Source: a virus. From it: 64,000 nucleotides of DNA. The number at the start of each line of letters is the position of its first letter. Positions within the stretch are counted from its first letter, which is position 1. The stretch is taken from IMG/VR virus record IMGVR_UViG_3300010354_000046, positions 77,604-141,603 of that record, one strand, 5' to 3'. The notes under the pieces are model-generated. The model had not been told where the DNA came from. It saw only the letters and a program-made list of their open reading frames with translations, and ran no database searches. Positions 49,201 to 57,124 of the stretch are shown here, piece after piece. The position numbers were made by a program, and so were the translations under genes.

Positions 49201-49953
49201 AACTGCTTGAACATCATATGTGTATAAATTATTCCATTGTTGTGCAAGAGAACCTAAATCATATTCATTGTCAAGGTCTGGAATAATATGGCTATTAATA
49301 TCTGCTTGGAAATCAACATTATCATTATTATTGTTTCCAAATATAATATTACCGTCCCACGTTACATTTCCTGTAGCATGTAGAGACCCGGTTACATTAA
49401 CACGATTAGTATTGAATTCTACTTTACCTGTTCCGTTAGGACTTAATTCAATATCACTGTCAGCAATTAAATTTTTAATTAATTGGTCAGTTATTTTAAG
49501 GTTGTCTGTAGTTAACGCTGGGGCTCTGGTTATACCTACAGATCCGTATGGTGATGAATTTCCTCCATCTGCTGTTAGTGTAAATGTTAATGTCCCGGCG
49601 CTGCCGCCGTCTGCATCATCTACAAAGGATATAGTGCCGGATACTCCTCCATCAATTATTCCGTCTAAACTCTGACCCGATGGTTGGATATATATTGGTC
49701 CTAAAAGATTTTGAATTTCGTTTGTATGAATATCAAAATCTGGTACTGTAAACCAATTATCGACAATTAAATTAGTTGTTAAGGTTTTGCCGTTGATATC
49801 AAGTAAACGGCCAGAAGAGCTGGTTTGAATACCGACTCGTTGATTGTTTACATCTATGTAAAGGAGATCTGTTTCAAAGGCAAGATCTATTCCGTGCCGA
49901 ATGAGGTTGTCTGAAAGCAGTGGGCCGCTTATTCTGCCTAATTCAACTCCCAT
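46225..49953 (-). CDS. Fibre/spike protein (1242 aa), paralogue of the 1348-aa protein
   Basis: LGRI.GPLL..NL.R.G..LAFETDLLYIDV start, YYVSVNGDD...FATLKAAL...IFPGTYYE and EWLNSF.YFA shared with the neighbour. Confidence 0.75.
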   Translation of the reverse strand: MGVELGRISGPLLSDNLIRHGIDLAFETDLLYIDVNNQRVGIQTSSSGRLLDINGKTLTTNLIVDNWFTVPDFDIHTNEIQNLLGPIYIQPSGQSLDGIIDGGVSGTISFVDDADGGSAGTLTFTLTADGGNSSPYGSVGITRAPALTTDNLKITDQLIKNLIADSDIELSPNGTGKVEFNTNRVNVTGSLHATGNVTWDGNIIFGNNNNDNVDFQADINSHIIPDLDNEYDLGSLAQQWNNLYTYDVQAVTINTSSLTIDGIDMLLTAGNTYYVSVNGDDDNYGNHSQSTFATLKAALTTATNGDTIVIFPGTYYEEFPLTVPQGVTVRGAGIRAVTIKPTLATNNNDAFLVNGDTMIEHLSVTDFFFDSVNNKGYAFRFANNFKTNFRSPYINNITVRTVGSTTSISDPYGYDAGDAGAGAYVDGSVADPTSTQIPTMLFYSVTFITPSQDALTCLNGVRCEWLNSFTYFARRGLYLLNGTAGRYNQGLIFGAELRSINSANVYGLYGAVADGDECLGYIMAHNFGYIGNGKDLTNDPSLTIQANEIIELNSGHMYFESTDQLGDIRVGSIFYVSQETGRIAFDAQSINIISGGNITLEGPTSSTIINEQFVQTGNIRIYDNTIGSITGPVNFLAYGGAASTYLNTNLNLAESLETSGDLILNGDITFGSNNFDIVSFVSHFTQDFYPGINDQYYLGSLSKRWNTMYSNLFNIDGITEITSNEITTKTTNTDLEFLANGIGKIKFPSNNLQIDNNLTVDNQFTVSSGITSLQDVDISGNVLLTGNINQTGNTDIIGLFSNNNITITGNTSYFEVPNIRLYNNIISNQATDQNLIFSANGTGNVNVEKIKFSNNEILNNWSAATTTQQKSIILTPNGTGNTSVSSTKAVKIPVGSNSNKTIENIGEIRFNNVYNRYEGYAPNGLVSFNSVYSYNTSNASFITTTTKTTLAVGTLSVTAGLADIQVISTAGLSIGYKVVSGPGLVAGSTIINIVGSIITLDTPAATSATGLVTFGPVVLNFTFISGLQVGQAVTAVNIQPGTVISSKTSTSVTLSKPISGNILTGSTITFGAVNSTFVTAELTPGASDNTIRFGITGSVHASIDATKFYSTGWHVGNIDISNNIQKLNSLDLFLSPDTGITNINNITIDDVYFNNLSSGAITLATTGQGYVKFNGVNAVVFPAGDSSGRRLTPELGEVRYNTELEYLEVFNNTTWIPAIGSSGAASEEQVDEIMNLWAVILG

Positions 49954-49962
49954 GCTTGCTCC

Positions 49963-50703
49963 TTATTGATCAAAGCCGTGTAATACTGTTATTGGCTGAG
50001 TAATCATTCCCGAGTAGTTTGGATCAGAAGTAAAATTCAAATAGTATCCATCGTTTTTAGCGAAAGTTAACGACGTACCGCTGTTAATAGTACCCGTGAT
50101 GGCATTACTTAATGTTACTTGTGTTCCGCTTGTCACGGTTACTGTAGTTCCGACTGGAATATTTGCACTTCCAGTGACTATAGAGCCTTGAGCAATTGTT
50201 GTTGTGCTGGCAAAATCTAGTGTAGTGCCTGTGCTTACCGTTGTAGTTGTTGCTAGGACAGTATTAGGATTTTGTGTTAATACATAATTTGTGTTATAAA
50301 TTTGAAATACATTGCCAATTAACACAATTATATTTTGACCGTTCCATGCAACATTGGTGCCACCTAGTCCTGTTTGAACTTGAGTTGGAGGTGCAGGATT
50401 TAATGGACCGTAAAAGTATGTTAAACCATCAATTGGTCCTAAGTTAGATTGTTGCGTAATACCTGTCGATTCTTTATATCGAATACTACGCCAACTACCA
50501 CTCGACCCTTGATAAACCTGAACTTCGTTAGTAGTTGTATTGTATCTTATCATTCCTTGAACAGGATCGACAATGGTATCATTACTTTTTGGCAATGTAA
50601 GATTATTGCTGTTTGCTAAAACAACACCGTTGGAAGCATCCAAGTAAAAACGTGTATCAAATGGTGCTCGTCGATTTAAGACCTGTTTTCTTAAATATCT
50701 CAT
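49963..50703 (-). CDS. Virion structural protein (fibre-associated)
   Basis: GMIRYNTTTNEVQVY motif shared with the fibre proteins. Confidence 0.65.
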   Translation of the reverse strand: MRYLRKQVLNRRAPFDTRFYLDASNGVVLANSNNLTLPKSNDTIVDPVQGMIRYNTTTNEVQVYQGSSGSWRSIRYKESTGITQQSNLGPIDGLTYFYGPLNPAPPTQVQTGLGGTNVAWNGQNIIVLIGNVFQIYNTNYVLTQNPNTVLATTTTVSTGTTLDFASTTTIAQGSIVTGSANIPVGTTVTVTSGTQVTLSNAITGTINSGTSLTFAKNDGYYLNFTSDPNYSGMITQPITVLHGFDQ

Positions 50704-50705
50704 CT

Positions 50706-51038
50706 TTATACCGCCAATGTGCTCACTGTTGCTACAAGATTACTTGCAGAGTCGGTTTTAGCAACAATAAAATCACCGTTGGCTAACACCATTTTTTCTT
50801 GATCAAAACTAACAGTTTCACCTGCTGGCACCGGTAATCCGTTAACAATAATATTTCCTAATCCTGCTGAACCGCCACTAGGAACAGCATACATGTACAG
50901 TAATGATTGGTTAGCTGATGGGCTTGCTGGATTATACGCACTAGTATTGCAAACAATAATAGTAGTAATTGCATTGTTACCAGAGCTTGTATAAATTGTA
51001 GTGTTAGTTCCGCTAATTGTTGTGTTTACGATTGCCAT
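50706..51038 (-). CDS. Small beta-rich virion structural protein
   Basis: TTIYTS...TTIIVCN...VPAGET...EKMVLANGD. Confidence 0.7.
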   Translation of the reverse strand: MAIVNTTISGTNTTIYTSSGNNAITTIIVCNTSAYNPASPSANQSLLYMYAVPSGGSAGLGNIIVNGLPVPAGETVSFDQEKMVLANGDFIVAKTDSASNLVATVSTLAV

Positions 51039-51047
51039 GTTCTTTCC

Positions 51048-52046
51048 TTAAAATAACATACTGAACAATAATGCTCTGTTTTTAGCAACAAGCTCGTCAT
51101 TGACTGTTTCATTTATGCTTTGTCCCGGTTCTCCTGTTCGCTTATTTAAAAAGTATAAGCCAGTTTTTCCTGGGCCAGCAGTAGTACTTGCATATAATTT
51201 AGTCATACTTGTATCTACACTTCCGTTAGAAAGAACAGCTTGATTATTTAAACCTAAAATTGCATTATTTTCTACTATATTGGTATCTGAGCTTAATTTC
51301 AAATTAACATTAGATGACGATATAGTTTTAATTTCATTTTGATATGTGTTTACTTGGTCAACAAATAATCCGTTTTGTGTTATTTGTGTTCTTAACACAT
51401 TCATTACTGTGAACTGAATATTATTGTTATACGCCTGACCTCGAGTCTGAAATGGTGCTAATAGATAATGAAAGTTATCAACGTTAGCATAGCCACCAGT
51501 TGCTGAAACATAATCTTCGATCCATTTCTTATTTGGGATGTCATTATCGTCGGTTACTAGCAATTCATAGTTTGACGAATTTGCAATTCGAATTTTATAC
51601 GAACTGTTTTGCATATCAAACACAAGATCATTATTGGCAGTACCAACGCTTGCAACTTGAATTCCAGATAAATTATCATCACTTGTTTTAAAAACAAATG
51701 TGCCTGGGATTGTTGTTAGTGCTACTGGGTCGTAATGATCTACACTTTCATCAAATAAGAATAACGCATCTTTAAAACTACCTTGATTTACTGAGTCACC
51801 TCGATCGATTCTAAGACCAGCAGAACCTAAAGTAACATAGTAATTTGTTTCGCCGTAGTTGAGTGTTAAGATATTATCTTTAATTGTTGTGTTAGTTGAC
51901 TCGACAGTGGTCGTGGTGCCTTTGACATTTAAGTCTCCAGTAATTACAACTACGCCCGGACTAACTCCTACGTCTAAAGTAATAGTACCACCGGATTGAA
52001 CTTTTACCCGGTAGTCACTTTGGCTAACATTTACTATTCTTGTCAT
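51048..52046 (-). CDS. Virion structural protein (fibre-like)
   Basis: ITGDLNVKGTTTTVEST...IKDNILTLN...AGLRIDRG motif typical of phage fibre proteins. Confidence 0.65.
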   Translation of the reverse strand: MTRIVNVSQSDYRVKVQSGGTITLDVGVSPGVVVITGDLNVKGTTTTVESTNTTIKDNILTLNYGETNYYVTLGSAGLRIDRGDSVNQGSFKDALFLFDESVDHYDPVALTTIPGTFVFKTSDDNLSGIQVASVGTANNDLVFDMQNSSYKIRIANSSNYELLVTDDNDIPNKKWIEDYVSATGGYANVDNFHYLLAPFQTRGQAYNNNIQFTVMNVLRTQITQNGLFVDQVNTYQNEIKTISSSNVNLKLSSDTNIVENNAILGLNNQAVLSNGSVDTSMTKLYASTTAGPGKTGLYFLNKRTGEPGQSINETVNDELVAKNRALLFSMLF

Positions 52047-52059
52047 TTAAAGTCCTAAG

Positions 52060-52079
52060 TTAGGAGCCGAAGCTCCTAA
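52060..52079 (-). terminator. UUCG-tetraloop hairpin (weak terminator or mRNA-stabilising stem)
   Basis: TTAGGAGC-TTCG-GCTCCTAA just after the stop of 52084..52776; no strong U tract. Confidence 0.5.
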
Positions 52080-52083
52080 TTAA

Positions 52084-52776
52084 TTACTGATTTTCGATCT
52101 GTACAATACCAGAACTAGCTGCTGCAAAGCTCCATGGCACAGAAGCTCCGCTAGCAAACAATCCGTCGCCGGAAACTTTTCTAGTTAGGATAGCTCTATG
52201 TGCTGTTAATTTTGTAACCCAGTAAGCGTTAGCACTAGCATCAACTGCTGTAATTGACATTTCGTTAGCACCTAAAGCTGCACTTGCAACTAGTGTGCAT
52301 GTTGCTGTACCGTCGCTAGTTTGTACACGATATTTTCTTGTGCCTTTTTGTGCAATGACATCGCCTGTAGTAACTTCGCTGCCTGCACCGATTTGTGCTT
52401 CGCACTTAATACCATTTTGACGAGCAGCGGCGCCGCTAGTTAGTGTTGCTACTGGAGTAGCACTACCTGAGCCGCCAGCTACACTTCCGTTAAAAGTAAT
52501 TGTTGGAGCACTTGTATAACCTGAACCTGCTGATGTTACGGCAACGGTGTAAGTTGTTGCGCCAGTTACAGTTACAGTTAAAACTGGTTTTGCGCCGCCT
52601 GTAATATCTGGTGCACCAATGTCGGCTGCTGGAATTGTGTAAGTTCCGTTTACTAAGGTTGCTAATGTGCCTGCTGGTGCTGTAACGCTGGCTACACTTT
52701 CTCCACCAACGTTAGCTGTACCAAATTGGCGGCTGTTTGTGTTGGCAAAATATTTCTTTTGAATTGGACGTCCCAT
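52084..52776 (-). CDS. Virion structural protein downstream of capsid (possible head decoration)
   Basis: Start reassigned to MGRPIQKKYF at 52776 (AAGGAG RBS; the longer ORF start runs through a terminator); contains a GSGYTSAPT repeat. Confidence 0.65.
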   Translation of the reverse strand: MGRPIQKKYFANTNSRQFGTANVGGESVASVTAPAGTLATLVNGTYTIPAADIGAPDITGGAKPVLTVTVTGATTYTVAVTSAGSGYTSAPTITFNGSVAGGSGSATPVATLTSGAAARQNGIKCEAQIGAGSEVTTGDVIAQKGTRKYRVQTSDGTATCTLVASAALGANEMSITAVDASANAYWVTKLTAHRAILTRKVSGDGLFASGASVPWSFAAASSGIVQIENQ

Positions 52777-52852
52777 TTGTTTCTCCTTATGTTGACGTTC
52801 TAGGCCATACGCAGAGGGATTCTGCATAAACTCATTACTGAGCATGACATAG

Positions 52853-52859
52853 TATTTAG
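52853..52859 (-). promoter_or_regulatory. Late-promoter-like CTAAATA
   Basis: Directly after the capsid terminator. Confidence 0.6.
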
Positions 52860-52868
52860 CTGATAATG

Positions 52869-52893
52869 AAAAAGGGCTCCGAAGAGCCCTTTT
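52869..52893 (-). terminator. Intrinsic terminator after major capsid gene
   Basis: AAAAGGGCTC-TTCG-GAGCCCTTTTT. Confidence 0.9.
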
Positions 52894-52917
52894 AATTTGT
52901 AACAACGTAGTTGTTGA

Positions 52918-54090
52918 TTACTTGAAGCTTACGCTTGAGTGTGCAATTGCAACGTTTGCTAGGTAGTCAGCTGCATTACCTAGAGAACTAGCTGTGTTGC
53001 TTAGTTCAACATAACCATAACGTGTCATGAATGATACGACTGGTTCGAATGTTGCTGGATCTAGAACAACACCACTGCTCATCAATGGAATGTATGGGCA
53101 ATAGAATGCTGCTGCATCAGATTCGCTAGAACCTTTGTAACCGATCAATACGTTAGCATTGTCAGCTGCATATGTGTTAACATACACTTTCATTGCGCCG
53201 TTTAGTGTACCAACGAACTTGGTATTTGTTGGAGCTTCGAAAGTTCCTTCTGTTGTACGAGCGAATGCGCTTGTAGTAGCAGACTGAAGAATTGTTAACG
53301 CGAATGGGCTAACAACTGCCCAGTTACCTGCACCACGACGTGTACGCTGTGCAATCAAGTTAGAAGCACGGTTGATCTGAACAGCTAAAGCAGCATGCTC
53401 ATCACCAACGAATGTTGCTGTACCAGAAACTTGAGACTGGTTGTATGTTTCAACTGCTGTACCAGCTAGAGAACCTAAACTTGTTAGGATTTCTTGGTCG
53501 ATTTCAGCAGTAATTTCTTGTGCTAGAGCAGCCATAATTTCTGCTTCGATGTCAATACCTTGTTGGGCTTGTGCATCTTGTGCAGCCTCAAATGTCCAGC
53601 GAGCACTTAACTTACGTGTACGTGCTTCAACTGTTTGCTTGAGGATCTGAATGCTCATACGCTTACCAGCTGCACCTTCTAGAGTTGCTGTGCTGGCAGC
53701 TTTTGCTGGGCTTGCCTCATTGCCTGAGTAAGCCTCAGCAATTTTGAATGGGCTTAGTGCTTCTTCACCAGCTACAACACCAGCTCCACTGCTGCTATCT
53801 GCATAGCGAACACGTAAAGTATGGATTTGACCAACTGGACCAGTCATTGGCTGAACACCAACTAACTCGTTAGCGATAACCGTAGGCATCACACGACGAA
53901 TAACTGGAAGAATAACACGATTTAATGTTGCAACGTTGCCGGCAGAAGTGGCACCTGCTGTTGGGGACTCCATCAAATACTTACGTGTATTCTCTAGTGT
54001 AACACCCATTACAGATCTTTTTGTGCCTTGTAGGCCTTCTAAAAGAGCTTCTTTGGTTTCTGCCCAACGGCCGTTTAGTAGTTCTGACAT
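52918..54090 (-). CDS. gp23: Major capsid protein (T4 gp23 family)
   Basis: LIPVIRR-like RRVMP...VGVQPMTGPVGQI, VEARTRKLSARWTFEAAQD, EITAEIDQEI, FYCPYIPL and DPATFEP..FMTRYG. Confidence 0.97.
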   Translation of the reverse strand: MSELLNGRWAETKEALLEGLQGTKRSVMGVTLENTRKYLMESPTAGATSAGNVATLNRVILPVIRRVMPTVIANELVGVQPMTGPVGQIHTLRVRYADSSSGAGVVAGEEALSPFKIAEAYSGNEASPAKAASTATLEGAAGKRMSIQILKQTVEARTRKLSARWTFEAAQDAQAQQGIDIEAEIMAALAQEITAEIDQEILTSLGSLAGTAVETYNQSQVSGTATFVGDEHAALAVQINRASNLIAQRTRRGAGNWAVVSPFALTILQSATTSAFARTTEGTFEAPTNTKFVGTLNGAMKVYVNTYAADNANVLIGYKGSSESDAAAFYCPYIPLMSSGVVLDPATFEPVVSFMTRYGYVELSNTASSLGNAADYLANVAIAHSSVSFK

Positions 54091-54102
54091 TTAAATTTCT
54101 CC

Positions 54103-55200
54103 TTAAATTTTAAGTCCAGCGAGACGACGAATATCGATAATGTTCGAGTCGCTTTCGCTGCTACGTTTGCTGTTGGAAATTTCTTTATTTCCGGTAATTT
54201 CTTTTGCCTCTACTAGTGCCTGTTTCTTCTGCGGAGCTTTGCCAGCGATTACAGCTGGGAGATACTTGTCAAAACTTTCTACAAGCCTTGATGTTTTCAC
54301 ACTCTCCATTAATTCACCCATGATGTCACGTTGCTCTGAGTTTAATGGAGCAAGTAATTCGTTCATGATTGTTTTTCTTTCTTGTGCCTCTTTAAGAGAA
54401 GCAATTTCTGCTTCTTTACTTTCTACTAAGGCTTTAGCTTGTTCAGCAGCTTGTTCAGCTTCTTGAATAGCTAAATCTTTTAGGTTTATAACCTTTAGTA
54501 ATTTTGATGTTTCTGACTTTTCGTTTAGATAACTGGTCTGGAATTCTGAAGCAAAAGCTTCGAATAACTTGCGGCCAAAATCGTTACGACGGGCTGCATC
54601 AATGTCTTCTTTTAGTGATGTTAATTCTGAGCGTAAGCTCTCATTAACAACTGTGTCGACCATTGTTGCGGCACGCTCAATAAACTGCTGTTTCATCTTC
54701 TTAAGTTCTTCACGTCCTTCTCGAACTAAACGAACTTTAGTTTCAGCTAAGTCTTGTTTGTCTTTGTAAAACTCTGCAATTTCTTCAGCAAGAGCCTCAA
54801 CTACAAAACGTTCTAGAGTTCCAAATTTTTCAGCCATAACAACTTGATCTTCATGTAACTCGCGTACTTCGGCAGCTAACTGACGGCTAACGAATTCCTT
54901 CATTAGGCCAGCGTGTTGCTTCATATTTTGAGCATACTTGACTTTCATTTCTGCTAGTGACTTACGATCTTCGGCAAATTCAACGAGTTCAGCAGATAGG
55001 TGATCAGTGACCATTCTATCGATAGCTTCAATCATTTGTTCTTTGTCGTGTTCGTATTTTTGTGCGAACTCTTCGCGTAGTTGATGTGCGACTTGTTCGC
55101 GATTCTCTAGAATCTTTGCATCCCAAGCGGCTTGAATTGACTCTTTGATCTCCTCAGAAATCACATTGTTTTCAAATAACTGTTTTAACGCATCCAACAT
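54103..55200 (-). CDS. gp22: Prohead core scaffold (T4 gp22-like)
   Basis: Glu/Lys-rich coiled coil between protease and capsid genes. Confidence 0.75.
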   Translation of the reverse strand: MLDALKQLFENNVISEEIKESIQAAWDAKILENREQVAHQLREEFAQKYEHDKEQMIEAIDRMVTDHLSAELVEFAEDRKSLAEMKVKYAQNMKQHAGLMKEFVSRQLAAEVRELHEDQVVMAEKFGTLERFVVEALAEEIAEFYKDKQDLAETKVRLVREGREELKKMKQQFIERAATMVDTVVNESLRSELTSLKEDIDAARRNDFGRKLFEAFASEFQTSYLNEKSETSKLLKVINLKDLAIQEAEQAAEQAKALVESKEAEIASLKEAQERKTIMNELLAPLNSEQRDIMGELMESVKTSRLVESFDKYLPAVIAGKAPQKKQALVEAKEITGNKEISNSKRSSESDSNIIDIRRLAGLKI

Positions 55201-55213
55201 GTGATTCTCCTTG

Positions 55214-55840
55214 TTATTGGAGTTTGCTTATTATACCTAATAAGCTCTCTTTGAGATATTTTTGTGCTTTAGGATCCCCTTTCACCTCTTGCGCTATACG
55301 CAAAGCATTATATCCACCACGACTGTTCATCAGGTGTTCATAAATTGGTGTAGGATATGCTCCAGGAGCACTAGGTTGAGCTACCATATCTACTGTGATA
55401 ATCTCAAAATCTGACACTTCACCGGAACCGTCATCTCTGACGTTTCCGGATCCGCGCGAACTTACTCCTAATTTTACACCACTTTCTAACATGGTGCGAA
55501 TTAGTTGTCCCATTGGTGTAGGTAAAATTTTAAGTTTACCGTAACCGTTTGGACCGTCCATCCACATATTAACTATCATATGGCTAACGCGGTCCAAGTT
55601 TATTTTTAGATCATCTGGATGATCTACTTCTCCGAGAACTGAATAACCGTTTTGAATCTGATCGTTCAGGGTTTTGACAGCCTTGCCAATCTCATTCACA
55701 GGGTAAACACGCTGGTTAGCGTTACGTATACCGCCCTGGATGCAAATCCCGGACATGTATAAGTTTTTCCCTTCTTTGTCATCAGACTCAACGATCATTT
55801 TTGCTTCGTTGAAACTGAGATTCTCTCGGAGGTATAACAT
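55214..55840 (-). CDS. gp21: Prohead protease (T4 gp21 family)
   Basis: NANQRVYP, GEVDHP, VSH, LGVSSRGSG and DMVAQPSAPGAYP; start placed at MLYLRE (55840). Confidence 0.95.
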   Translation of the reverse strand: MLYLRENLSFNEAKMIVESDDKEGKNLYMSGICIQGGIRNANQRVYPVNEIGKAVKTLNDQIQNGYSVLGEVDHPDDLKINLDRVSHMIVNMWMDGPNGYGKLKILPTPMGQLIRTMLESGVKLGVSSRGSGNVRDDGSGEVSDFEIITVDMVAQPSAPGAYPTPIYEHLMNSRGGYNALRIAQEVKGDPKAQKYLKESLLGIISKLQ

Positions 55841-55859
55841 ATTACTATGTCGCTTTAAA

Positions 55860-56765
55860 TTACTTTGCACGACCTGGTGCACCGTTGATCATGCTGGTTT
55901 TATTATCAGCTTTTTCAGCAGCACCTTTCTTTTCAGCACCATGGCCTGGTTCTTTCTTAGTGAAAGCAGTCTTGCCAGCTTTGCTGTCTTTTCGGTTGTG
56001 AATGTTACCTAGTCCTGCTGTTAGGTCACCAGCTTTTGGACTTGCTAAACCGCCTTCTGTACCGCCTTTATCTGTTGAGAAAGACTTGGCAATATTAGCA
56101 GTTGTACCACCCATATCGTTCTTACCAGCTACGATTGACTTAGTGTTTACACCGTCGTCACCCATTTTACCAAACTTGTCGTATGTTGCGCCGCCAACTT
56201 TGTTAACATATTCCATCATTGTTTGGAGTTCATCAATTTCTGGCTCGGCGTCCATTCCGCCCATGTCACCCATGTCGTCACCGCCCATGTCACCCATGTC
56301 GTCACCGCCCATGTCGTCACCTTCTTCGCCAGCCATTAGCTGTTCAAATTCTGCTTTTAATTCTTCTAGAGCATCTTCTAAGTCAAGAATACGATCTGTT
56401 TGCTCTTCGTCGTCCATTTCTTCTTCGCCGTCTGCATCTGCATCAACGTCGCCGATCATGTCGTCAGTAGCATCTCCGCCGACGTCATCGTCAGCTTCTT
56501 CGCCTTCTTCATCGTCGCCTTCTTCATCGTCGCCGAAAGCTTCAACGGCAGGCTCTTCGCCTTCCATCTCTTCGTCAACAGGGGCTTCTTCTTCGTCTGC
56601 TTCTTCTTCAACAGCTTCTTCGCTATCGAAATCTTCACTTAGAAGTTCTTCATAAATTTCACGAGATTTACTTACTACGATATTATGAAAAATTTCTTTT
56701 GCTTGTTCTGTATCTTCATTGATAAGGGCCTCAAGCATGGCCTCAAATTGTTTGCGGTCAGTCAT
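55860..56765 (-). CDS. Highly acidic prohead core/scaffold-like protein
   Basis: Asp/Glu-rich low-complexity protein upstream of the protease; start placed at MTDRKQ (AGGAG RBS). Confidence 0.65.
   Translation of the reverse strand: MTDRKQFEAMLEALINEDTEQAKEIFHNIVVSKSREIYEELLSEDFDSEEAVEEEADEEEAPVDEEMEGEEPAVEAFGDDEEGDDEEGEEADDDVGGDATDDMIGDVDADADGEEEMDDEEQTDRILDLEDALEELKAEFEQLMAGEEGDDMGGDDMGDMGGDDMGDMGGMDAEPEIDELQTMMEYVNKVGGATYDKFGKMGDDGVNTKSIVAGKNDMGGTTANIAKSFSTDKGGTEGGLASPKAGDLTAGLGNIHNRKDSKAGKTAFTKKEPGHGAEKKGAAEKADNKTSMINGAPGRAK
56257..56319. repeat. Coding tandem repeat, 24-nt unit x2 plus a shortened copy (DDMGDMGG)
   Basis: CCGCCCATGTCACCCATGTCGTCA at 56257 and 56281, then CCGCCCATGTCGTCA. 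Confidence 0.9.
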
Positions 56766-56801
56766 GTTTTTTTCTCCTGTAGTGATCACAAGGCTGTGTA
56801 A

Positions 56802-56808
56802 TATTTAC
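56802..56808 (-). promoter_or_regulatory. Late-promoter-like GTAAATA for the head operon
   Basis: Upstream of the acidic core gene RBS; overlaps an 18-bp palindrome. Confidence 0.55.
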
Positions 56809-56874
56809 AATTAATTGTAAAAAAGGGGTTATAATAGCCTAAAAACGGCCGTTTTTGTAAAAAAATCCGTTTAT

Positions 56875-57117
56875 TTATGCTGGCGCGGCCGCTGGTGGTG
56901 CTTTGTACATGTCCGCTATAAATTCTAACTCACGTTCTTGTTCGAGAATATGAGCCTCGCTAGATTTTCTTAACTCATTGATTTGACGTAGACTTAGTCT
57001 AGTTTTGCGTGTATCTGATCTATGTAGAGTAGTGACATCGCGATCTGGACTGTATCTCAGATCGTTGGCAATACGTCTAGTATCCGGATCAATGTAAAAA
57101 AGTTCTCGTAGAATCAT
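56875..57117 (-). CDS. Small conserved-looking head-module protein
   Basis: Start placed at MILRELF (57117), 4 nt after an ATAAATA motif; DTRKTRLSLRQINELRK. Confidence 0.7.
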   Translation of the reverse strand: MILRELFYIDPDTRRIANDLRYSPDRDVTTLHRSDTRKTRLSLRQINELRKSSEAHILEQERELEFIADMYKAPPAAAPA

Positions 57118-57124
57118 ACTATAT

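Noticed and set aside
20459-49953. Diversity-generating retroelement or invertible fibre cassette
   Set aside because: No reverse transcriptase or invertase in the window and no near-identical template/variable repeat pair noticed by eye; elements elsewhere in the genome cannot be excluded.
52788-52851. tRNA gene
   Set aside because: Cloverleaf-like, but no TTCRA loop, 7-nt anticodon loop or CCA.
52777-52905. N-terminal 43 codons of the ORF-track call 52084..52905
   Set aside because: Spans a terminator, promoter motif and structured leader; a strong RBS marks ATG 52776.
56257-56319. CRISPR-like repeat
   Set aside because: No spacers; in-frame coding tandem repeat.
56002-56655. 217-aa Ser-rich + strand ORF
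   Set aside because: Antisense of Asp/Glu codons in the acidic core gene.
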